In this document: one piece after another, positions 27,411-33,954 of the stretch
How positions within the stretch are numbered: the stretch's first letter is position 1
How the letters are laid out: the number at the start of each line of letters is the position of its first letter
Assembly: GCA_002434595.1 (NCBI GenBank)
Contig: DJKK01000320.1
Location: 1 to 33,954 of the forward strand
Length of the DNA: 33,954 nt
Origin: Alphaproteobacteria bacterium UBA6544
Lineage (GTDB): Bacteria > Pseudomonadota > Alphaproteobacteria > UBA8366
Direction: 5' to 3'
The notes under the pieces: generated by a model
What the model was told of the DNA's origin: nothing
Seen by the model: only the letters and a program-made list of their open reading frames with translations
Database searches by the model: none
Program-made: the position numbers and the translations under genes

Positions 27411-29196
27411 GATTGAACTGCCGTTCCGCGAGACGGGCGTAAAGACCCCCTTCCGCGATCAGCGCATCATGCGTACCCTGCGCGACGATCCCCCCGCCAT
27501 CGAGTACGATAATCCGATCCGCGCTCCTGATCGTCGACAATCGGTGTGCGATGACGACACTGGTCCGCTCCACCATGACCCTCTCCAGGGCAGCCTGAAC
27601 CAGATGCTCCGATTCAGAATCGAGCGCACTTGTCGCTTCGTCCAGCAGAAGAACCGCGGGGTCGCGGAGGATCGCACGAGCAATGGCGATACGCTGCCTT
27701 TCACCACCGGACAGTCTAACACCCTTTTCGCCCAGATGCGTGTCGAAGCCTTCCGGCAAACGTTCGATAAAGGCGGTCGCCGCCGCCGCTTCCGCCACGG
27801 CGCGTATTTCCGCGTCGCTCGCTTCAATGCGTCCATAGCGGATGTTCTCCATCGCACTCGCCGAGAAGATCGTGGGTTCCTGCGACACCAGCCCAATGTG
27901 ACGGCGAACAGCGACGGGATCTGCTTCGTGGAGATCAACACCGTCAAGAAAGACTCGGCCCGCACACGGATCGTAGAACCGCAGCAGCAGCTGAAATACC
28001 GTGGTTTTCCCGGCACCGGACGGGCCTACAAGCGCGACGCGTTCTCCCGAAGAGACAGAAAGGTCAAATTCGGTCAACGCGGATACCGCGTCTTGAGCCG
28101 GATAACGAAAGGTCACATTGGAGAATACCACCTCGCCACGCGACGGTTCGGGAATTGTCTGCGGCTCAGCTGGTGCAGCGATTACCGGTTTCGTTGCAAG
28201 CAGTTCGAAGATACGCTCTGTCGCTCCCGCGGCGCGCTGCAGGTCCGCGATAACTTCCGAGACCGCCCCGACCGAGCCGGCGACAAGTATCGAATAGAAT
28301 ACAAATGCAGACAGAGCACCGGCACTCATACGCCCGGCAAAAACATCGTGACCGCCCAGCCATAGGATTAGACCGACCGCACCGAATACCAATAAGATGA
28401 CCAATGCCGTCAAAGCGGCCCTGGCGCGAATCCGATCGAGTGCGGCGGACAACGCGGCATCGACCGTCGCGCCAAAGGCGGCGCGGTCTGAGTTCTCATG
28501 CGTGAAGGCTTGAACTGTCCGAATCGCCCCCAGAGTTTCCTCAGCATAGCCGCTGATTGCCGCTACCTCGTCCTGGGCTGCGCGACTGCGCCGCCGAACG
28601 ACACGCCCGATCACAACGATCGGCGCGACAACGAATGGCACGAATAAAAATACAATTCCCGTCAATTTCGGACTGGTGATTACTAGGAGCACCGCTCCGC
28701 CGAGAAACAACAGAATATTCCTCAAGGCGACGGAGATCGATGAGCCGATTACGACCTGGAGCAACGTCGTATCGGTTGTGAGACGGGACAGCACTTCACC
28801 GGTTCGAGTGAGCTCAAAAAATCCGGGGCTCAGCTTTAAGACATGATTGAAGACGGACCGCCTGAGATCCGCAACGACGCGCTCGCCAATCCAAGACACG
28901 ATGTAAAACCGGGCATAAGTCGACGCAGCTAGGATCGCAACAACACCCAGCATGACCCCGAGCGCAAGGTCGAGCGTTGCCGCACCGCCGCTTCCAAACC
29001 CTCGGTCAACCATGAAGCGCAATCCCTGGCCAAGGCCAAGAACCGTTCCAGCCGCAATGACGAGGGCGAGGCCCGCAGCGAACACCGCAGGAAGGTATGG
29101 CCTAAGATACGGCCACATCGACGACAATATCTTAATATTACCGCTCTTCTCGCGGTCCCCGTCGATCGACTGATCCATGTAGGTGCGATGCCGCAT
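27391..29196 (-). CDS. ABCB-type (MsbA/Atm1-like) fused permease/ATPase exporter
   Basis: Six-TM N-terminal half. Walker A GPSGAGKTT, signature LSGGERQRIAIARA, Walker B LLLDEATSALD. The start is ambiguous among Met codons at 29238, 29196 and 29178. The track start at 29433 would overlap divergent ridA. The 3' end overlaps the convergent motB-like gene by 20 nt. Confidence 0.88.
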   Translation of the reverse strand: MRHRTYMDQSIDGDREKSGNIKILSSMWPYLRPYLPAVFAAGLALVIAAGTVLGLGQGLRFMVDRGFGSGGAATLDLALGVMLGVVAILAASTYARFYIVSWIGERVVADLRRSVFNHVLKLSPGFFELTRTGEVLSRLTTDTTLLQVVIGSSISVALRNILLFLGGAVLLVITSPKLTGIVFLFVPFVVAPIVVIGRVVRRRSRAAQDEVAAISGYAEETLGAIRTVQAFTHENSDRAAFGATVDAALSAALDRIRARAALTALVILLVFGAVGLILWLGGHDVFAGRMSAGALSAFVFYSILVAGSVGAVSEVIADLQRAAGATERIFELLATKPVIAAPAEPQTIPEPSRGEVVFSNVTFRYPAQDAVSALTEFDLSVSSGERVALVGPSGAGKTTVFQLLLRFYDPCAGRVFLDGVDLHEADPVAVRRHIGLVSQEPTIFSASAMENIRYGRIEASDAEIRAVAEAAAATAFIERLPEGFDTHLGEKGVRLSGGERQRIAIARAILRDPAVLLLDEATSALDSESEHLVQAALERVMVERTSVVIAHRLSTIRSADRIIVLDGGGIVAQGTHDALIAEGGLYARLAERQFNLSVDPA

Positions 29197-29301
29197 ATGA
29201 GCTCCAAAGCATTCCGCTGATTCTGACGCATCGGTCATATCAACAATTCGCCCATACCGCACTATCTTGCTCATCAGCCACCCATCTCTTTGGAGAAGAT
29301 C

Positions 29302-29652
29302 GTGAGCATCAATCGATTTCGAGGTTCCGCCACCGGACGAAACCGGTGTGTCGAACATGCGGGTATTGTCTACGCCGTTGCGACGGCTCCCGGTGACGAC
29401 ATCAAGGTGCAAACACGGGACACACTCGCCCATCTTGACGAAAGTCTGAAAATGGCCGGGTCGGACAAGACACGCATTTTACAGGCCCAGATTTTTCTTG
29501 CCGACATGGCGGAAAAGTCGCTCATGGATGAGGTCTGGAACGATTGGATTGGGCCAGATTGGCAGAACTGGCCTCAACGGGCCTGCGTCGGAGCTCCGCT
29601 GGCGCCCGCCACTTTGGTTGAAATCATCCTGACGGCTATGAAGAAGGATTAA
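29302..29652 (+). CDS. RidA/YjgF/L-PSP family protein
   Basis: About 116 aa with family-like segments [30 protein letters not shown] and [11 protein letters not shown] ... [12 protein letters not shown] at 29302 lies 6 nt after GGAG. The track begins at TTG 29290. Confidence 0.78.
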   Translation: MSINRFRGSATGRNRCVEHAGIVYAVATAPGDDIKVQTRDTLAHLDESLKMAGSDKTRILQAQIFLADMAEKSLMDEVWNDWIGPDWQNWPQRACVGAPLAPATLVEIILTAMKKD

Positions 29653-29662
29653 ACCACAGGGT

Positions 29663-29691
29663 TGCATCAAATCGCGTGCTAAGCTATACAG
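29663..29691 (+). promoter_or_regulatory. Candidate sigma70-type promoter of rpmE (TTGCAT-N17-TATACA)
   Basis: Read directly: TTGCAT at 29663-29668, a 17-nt spacer, TATACA at 29686-29691, about 27 nt upstream of the rpmE ATG. Motif match only. Confidence 0.4.
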
Positions 29692-29717
29692 CCGCGCCTG
29701 ATTTGAGGAGTCGAGCG

Positions 29718-29942
29718 ATGAAAGCGGATACCCATCCCGATTACCATGAAATTACCGTCCAGTTGACCGACGGATCGACCTATACGACGCGGTCGACCTG
29801 GGGAAATGAGGGCGACACCCTAAAACTGGATATTGATCCGAGTTCCCATCCTGCATGGACAGGTGTGCATCGCCTTGTCGATACGGCTGGCCAACTCGCG
29901 AAGTTCAATAAGAAGTTTGAGGGTTTTGGCTTGAAGGCCTAA
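29718..29942 (+). CDS. rpmE: 50S ribosomal protein L31 (Cys-less form)
   Basis: [27 protein letters not shown] ... HPAWTG ... FNKKF. GAGGAG lies 7 nt upstream of the ATG at 29718. No CxxC zinc motif. Confidence 0.92.
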   Translation: MKADTHPDYHEITVQLTDGSTYTTRSTWGNEGDTLKLDIDPSSHPAWTGVHRLVDTAGQLAKFNKKFEGFGLKA

Positions 29943-29993
29943 ATCTGTTTAGTCAATCGGATCCGACATGGGGCACCAAGGGGCAGCCCTAGT

Positions 29994-30380
29994 TTAATGC
30001 GCAATAAACTTCTGATCCAGACGCTGCATGCTACGATACAAATTGTAACTGCACCCGAGTAGGCTAAACAATAAAGGCGGCAGGTCGCATCCCGTCGCGA
30101 ATTTCCAGTCGACACACGCACTCTCCTCCGAAAGACGATATGCGTCCGTCGAGATTTTTTCACGGATGATTTTTCCCGCCTGATAGGCTCGCTGAGCAAG
30201 CAACCAAGCCACAATGTGCGCCAACCTGGACGTTAATCGGAAGCTTTAACAATTCTGGACCAGTCGATTCTTGCAGTGCGCGTTCGTCCCGGTCCCATAC
30301 TGAAGTTGGGAAAACCCTCTTGCCTCAATCAGGAGCTGGCAGGCTTCGTCATAGGTGCGGGACAGGTAAAGCGCCGGCAA
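29994..30380 (-). pseudogene. DUF1465 / RcdA-like gene interrupted by one in-frame TAA
   Basis: Minus-strand frame: (TTG)PALYLSRTYDEACQLLIEARGF...NRLVQNC, then TAA (30246-30248), then SFRLTSRLAHIVAWLLAQRAYQAGKI...LPPLLFSLLGCSYNLYRSMQRLDQKF. Both halves resemble the DUF1465 pattern (LY..EA..L.EAR.Y ... ESMRLTTRLM.LASWLL.QRAV.EGE). The stop sits where the family has a conserved Glu, so GAA to TAA is one substitution. GGAG lies 7 nt upstream of the TTG at 30380. Confidence 0.6.
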
Positions 30381-30491
30381 TTCACCACTCCGACCAAATG
30401 CACAAGATCAAAATTTCGTCGTTGAGGTATGGTTATAACATATCCGGAGGCGGCATGGCGTAAATTCGGTCTCAGTTCTGTCCGGTACCGT

Positions 30492-30524
30492 CTTGAATAT
30501 CCAAAAGCCCTTCCAACCTATAAT
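30492..30524 (+). promoter_or_regulatory. Possible heat-shock promoter of hsp20 (CTTGAA ... CCTATAAT)
   Basis: CTTGAA at 30492-30497 and CCTATAAT at 30517-30524 resemble RpoH-type elements (CTTG / CYTATNT). The spacing (19 nt between the blocks) is 2-4 nt longer than consensus, so this is a weak call. Confidence 0.25.
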
Positions 30525-30530
30525 AAGTCT

Positions 30531-30621
30531 CAGATGCCAATTGAGGATCTGGGCATTGCAAAAACGGGTCGGCCCGAGGGCGGCCCCCAATACCATGTCG
30601 CTTAAAAGGAGGATATGGAAA
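30531..30621 (+). promoter_or_regulatory. ROSE-like RNA thermometer in the hsp20 5' UTR
   Basis: The final hairpin 30593-30618 (CCAUGUC-G-CUU / AAAAG loop / GAG-GAUAUGG) pairs the SD (GGAGGA, 30608-30613) with UCGCU (30598-30602). That is the ROSE U(U/C)GCU motif, with G30600 bulged. Further GC-rich hairpins lie upstream (30531-30558, 30567-30589). Confidence 0.6.
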
Positions 30622-31074
30622 ATGCGTAGTTTAGATTTCTCCCCCCTGTTTCGGAATACCGTTGGCTTTGATCGGATGGCGCATCTCATGGATTCGCTCG
30701 CCAATGAGCCAACCAATAGTTATCCACCCTATAACATCGAATCCGCTGGCGAAGACGAATACCGTGTTACCATGGCGGTCGCTGGCTTTGGCGAAAATGA
30801 CATCGAAATCACAACTCAAAACGGCCAGTTGTTGGTTGCCGGCCGAATTTGTCGCGATGAAGATGACGGACGAAATTTTTTGCACCGCGGCATAGCGGAA
30901 CGAGCCTTTGAACGGCGTTTCAATCTCGCGGAACACGTCGTCGTAAACGGCGCTCAACTTGAAAACGGCCTGTTGCACATCGATCTGATGCGCGAAATTC
31001 CCGAGGAAAAGAAGCCGCGTAAAATCTCTATCGCGGCCGGGAACCCAAAAACAATCGGGGGCAAAGCCGCTTAA
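30622..31074 (+). CDS. Small heat-shock protein, Hsp20/IbpA family (alpha-crystallin domain)
   Basis: MRSLDFSPLFRNTVGFDRMAHLMDS...YPPYNIE...DEYRVTMAVAGFGENDIEI...LLVAG...FLHRGIAERAFERRFNLAEHV...GLLHIDL. AAAGGAGGA lies 8 nt upstream of the ATG at 30622. The track ORF is extended to 30493. Confidence 0.92.
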   Translation: MRSLDFSPLFRNTVGFDRMAHLMDSLANEPTNSYPPYNIESAGEDEYRVTMAVAGFGENDIEITTQNGQLLVAGRICRDEDDGRNFLHRGIAERAFERRFNLAEHVVVNGAQLENGLLHIDLMREIPEEKKPRKISIAAGNPKTIGGKAA

Positions 31075-31105
31075 TTTAGGCGCAAGAAACCCATTCCGGG
31101 GTTCG

Positions 31106-31142
31106 GGGCGTGCCGACATATAGTCCGCACGCCCTCTTATAT
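31106..31142 (+). terminator. Rho-independent terminator candidate after hsp20
   Basis: GGGCGUGC (31106-31113) pairs with GCACGCCC (31127-31134) around a 13-nt loop, followed by UCUUAUAUA. Confidence 0.5.
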
Positions 31143-31153
31143 AAAGACCGATA

Positions 31154-31598
<445 letters not shown>

Positions 31599-31687
31599 TT
31601 AGACGCGCTTGGGGAAACACATCGCATAAATTCTAATGAGACGGTGCTAACAATTCGTTTGCGATAAAACAGGAAAGGTATCGTCCA

Positions 31688-31879
31688 CTACCTTTTGAAC
31701 ACGGCATCCGCCGCCACTTTCTGCTCTTCCTTCCGGACAATCGCCGAACGAACGCGCTCGATCTCACTCTCTAATTCTCCGATATACTCACTCAACTCAC
31801 CGACCGACATAACATCGAGATCAAGTGGTTTCGGTCGTAACGCGTGCGGTTGCTCGTCCAGATCTTCTGACATAGCCAA
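31688..31879 (-). CDS. DUF1192 family protein
   Basis: 63 aa: ...PKPLDLDVMSVGELSEYIGELESEIERVRSAIVRKEEQKVAADAVFKR. This is the characteristic DUF1192 pattern (LDLLSV.EL...I..L..EI.R......K......A..LF). Confidence 0.85.
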   Translation of the reverse strand: MAMSEDLDEQPHALRPKPLDLDVMSVGELSEYIGELESEIERVRSAIVRKEEQKVAADAVFKR

Positions 31880-31980
31880 ACTTCTCTCGCTTCGTTCCCA
31901 GCTGCTTGCAAGTGTGATCCCGTCAAGCTAGACCTGCAACCCATTCCAGACATTTGAATGCTGCGACGGGAGCGACTGAA

Positions 31981-32985
31981 ATGCCCTTGCCCAATATGAT
32001 GAACGCGATGGAGATATCCGAGTACGGCGGACCCGAAGTCCTGCAACCCGTGACACGCTCCATCCCAACACCTGGCGCCAGCCATGTCTTGATCCGAGTT
32101 GCGGCCGCCGGGGTCAACCGGCCGGATGCCATTCAACGCGCCGGACATTATCCACCTCCGCCCGGCCAATCGGATCTACCGGGCCTCGAAGTCTCCGGCG
32201 AAATCGCGGCTTTGGGCTCGGACGTAACGGGTTTGAGCATTGGAGAATCGGTGTGCGCACTCACTCCGGGTGGCGGATACGCGGAGTATTGCATCGCGCC
32301 GGCGGCGCATTGCCTCCCAATCCCGAAGGACGTTTCCATCGTCGACGCCGCCGGACTGCCGGAAACCGCGTTTACCGTATGGCATAATGTCTTTCAGCGC
32401 GCGTATTTAACTTCTGGGGAAAGCTTTCTCGTACATGGCGGCTCGAGCGGAATTGGGACAACCGCTATTCAACTCGCGAAAGCCTTCGGCGCTACTGTAT
32501 ATGCAACGGCCGGATCGGATGAGAAATGCGCAGCATGCTGCAACCTCGGCGCTGACATGGCAATCAACTACAAAGAAGATGACTGGGCGGCAGAGATACG
32601 AACGGCGACGGAAAAGCGCGGTGTCGATGTCATCCTGGACATGGTCGGCGGCGACTACATCCAGAAAAACATTGATAGTCTCGCGGTCGATGGCCGCCTT
32701 GCCATCATCGCTTTTCTCAAAGGCGCAAAAGCAGAGCTTACACTGAACCGTTTTATGGTGAAACGACAAACGATTACCGCCTCAACTCTGAGGGCACAGT
32801 CCGACACGGTAAAAGCCGGAATTGCCGCCGAACTGCGCGATAAGGTCTGGCCACTTATCTCTGAAGGCCGTTTCCGCCCGGTTGTCGATACAACTTTCGA
32901 TTTTTCCGATGCGGCGCAAGCGCACCAACGGATGGAAGCGAGCGAACATATTGGAAAGCTTATCCTTAACGTGACTAAGGAGTGA
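31981..32985 (+). CDS. qor: NAD(P)H:quinone oxidoreductase (zeta-crystallin / PIG3-type MDR)
   Basis: GGPEVL, VRVAAAGVNRPD, GLEVSGEI, cofactor motif VHGGSSGIGTTAIQLAK, C-terminal GKLIL. GGGAG lies 8 nt upstream of the ATG at 31981; other in-frame ATGs are at 31996-32008. Confidence 0.88.
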   Translation: MPLPNMMNAMEISEYGGPEVLQPVTRSIPTPGASHVLIRVAAAGVNRPDAIQRAGHYPPPPGQSDLPGLEVSGEIAALGSDVTGLSIGESVCALTPGGGYAEYCIAPAAHCLPIPKDVSIVDAAGLPETAFTVWHNVFQRAYLTSGESFLVHGGSSGIGTTAIQLAKAFGATVYATAGSDEKCAACCNLGADMAINYKEDDWAAEIRTATEKRGVDVILDMVGGDYIQKNIDSLAVDGRLAIIAFLKGAKAELTLNRFMVKRQTITASTLRAQSDTVKAGIAAELRDKVWPLISEGRFRPVVDTTFDFSDAAQAHQRMEASEHIGKLILNVTKE

Positions 32986-33109
32986 TGAGACGAGAGGCAT
33001 TGCACCTCGGACAACGTGCGGTATAAATGCGGTAATTGAAGTTGAAAATGGGATTGCGCCGCGCTCACGCAACGCGCGCCCTGAAATTCGTAAGGAATCG
33101 AGGATTATT

Positions 33110-33706
33110 ATGTCGAAACCGCTCATGCCGCAGGCGACGGCAGTATGGTTGGTCGAGAATACAGGGCTTTCATTCCTGCAGATTAGTACTTTTTGCGGCT
33201 TGCATGAGCTCGAAGTTCAGGCAATAGCTGACGAAGAAGTCGCTGTCGGCATGCAAGGCATCGACCCCGTGATCAATGGGCAATTGACCCGCGATGAGAT
33301 CGCGCGCTGCGAAGGCGACCCTGCCAGCCGCCTGGAAATGGCGAAGTCGGATATTCCTCAGCCGGTCGCCCGGCCGAAAGGCCCGCGATACACACCTCTG
33401 TCGCGCCGTCAGGAGAAACCGGATGCAATCGCTTGGATATTACGGCATCATCCAGAGTTATCGGATGCACAGATTGGCCGTCTGATTGGAACTACCAAGC
33501 CGACCATCAACGCAGTCCGAGACCGCACACACCGTAATATGCCAAACCTGCGGCCACGCAGCCCGGTCGAGCTCGGTCTGTGCAGCCATGACGATCTCGC
33601 TCAGGCAATCGAGAAAGGTATCAAAGCCGGCCGCCAGCCCCGGCTAATCGATCCTCTGCCGGAGGAACCAACCGAAGCGATGACTGATCCGTTCGGAGAC
33701 ACCTAG
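33110..33706 (+). CDS. DUF1013 family protein (TrcR-type cell-cycle transcriptional regulator)
   Basis: MSKPLMPQATAVWLVENTGLSFLQISTFCGLHELEVQAIADEEVAVGMQGIDPV and LIGTTKPTINAVRDRTHRN match the alphaproteobacterial DUF1013 pattern. Confidence 0.82.
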   Translation: MSKPLMPQATAVWLVENTGLSFLQISTFCGLHELEVQAIADEEVAVGMQGIDPVINGQLTRDEIARCEGDPASRLEMAKSDIPQPVARPKGPRYTPLSRRQEKPDAIAWILRHHPELSDAQIGRLIGTTKPTINAVRDRTHRNMPNLRPRSPVELGLCSHDDLAQAIEKGIKAGRQPRLIDPLPEEPTEAMTDPFGDT

Positions 33707-33743
33707 TCCGAGTGGAGCGATTGCCGCGGGGGGAGGGGGTGAT

Positions 33744-33954
33744 ATGAGCGACAGCAGGCGGCGACAACGGCAAGGTCGAATCGGCTGCCAGATCGCCCTC
33801 ACCGCTCTGGTAGCCCTGATCATGATCGGATCCATGTCACAACAGGCCGACCCGTGCGCCGAACGCAACAAATTGTTGCAAGTGGAGGAAATCGTCTGGT
33901 CGGAGATCGCGGCTTCCCGTCACCCAGTCAAATTGCCAACGCCGGCCAAGGAAA
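33744..33954 (+). CDS. Partial ORF running off the window end (hypothetical, N-terminal signal or anchor)
   Basis: Not in the track. ATG at 33744 follows GGAGGGGG. Translation MSDSRRRQRQGRIGCQIALTALVALIMIGSMSQQADP... is open to the window end. Confidence 0.3.
   Translation, partial: MSDSRRRQRQGRIGCQIALTALVALIMIGSMSQQADPCAERNKLLQVEEIVWSEIAASRHPVKLPTPAKE

Noticed and set aside
27469-28365. 298-aa plus-strand ORF and the 185-aa minus-frame ORF (27459-28016)
   Set aside because: Both lie inside the ABC exporter gene, one antisense and one in an alternative frame. The exporter has the complete Walker A, signature and Walker B set.
30492-30524. A sigma70 promoter reading (TTGAAT ... TATAAT) upstream of hsp20
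   Set aside because: The -10 is perfect but the spacer would be 20 nt, outside the functional range. It is kept only as a low-confidence heat-shock-type promoter candidate.

Overview
The window looks like a chromosomal segment from an alphaproteobacterium. Family markers are ZapA with an upstream DUF4164 (ZauP-like) gene, DUF1013/TrcR, DUF1192, a DUF1465/RcdA-like gene and a ROSE-type sHSP leader. Most of it is densely packed housekeeping DNA. From the left, on the minus strand: the Tol-Pal cluster (ybgC-tolQ-tolR-tolA-tolB-pal), ruvCAB plus yebC, a YmdB-type phosphoesterase, and 5-formyl-THF cyclo-ligase / putative 6S RNA / zapA. On the plus strand: tkt-gap, later class I fba-thiE, then efp and suhB. 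Further right: an ABCB-type exporter, ridA, rpmE, hsp20, qor and trcR. An accessory-looking block of about 7.4 kb sits between gap and fba. It holds a cupin, a Gfo/Idh/MocA oxidoreductase and a minus-strand SDR / 2x crotonase / ACAD-fold / FAH operon. The best candidate for an uncharacterised system is a tight three-gene module at 23896-27410. It encodes a Pro-rich protein with an OmpA-like C-terminus, a MotA/TolQ/ExbB-like channel subunit with a ~165-aa C-terminal coiled-coil tail, and a MotB/TolR-like subunit with the conserved TM aspartate, a ~200-aa periplasmic coiled coil and an OmpA-like domain. It is a second, architecturally divergent stator/Tol-like machine alongside the canonical Tol-Pal genes. 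The ORF track hides several other features: a DUF1465/RcdA-like gene broken by one in-frame TAA, short remnants of TauD-, MetY- and hotdog-thioesterase-like genes, a ROSE-like RNA thermometer hairpin over the hsp20 Shine-Dalgarno, and a 6S-RNA-sized gap in the conserved zapA-ssrS-ygfA position. I saw no tRNA, rRNA, CRISPR array, IS element or integrase. All family calls come from motif recognition by eye, with no database search.
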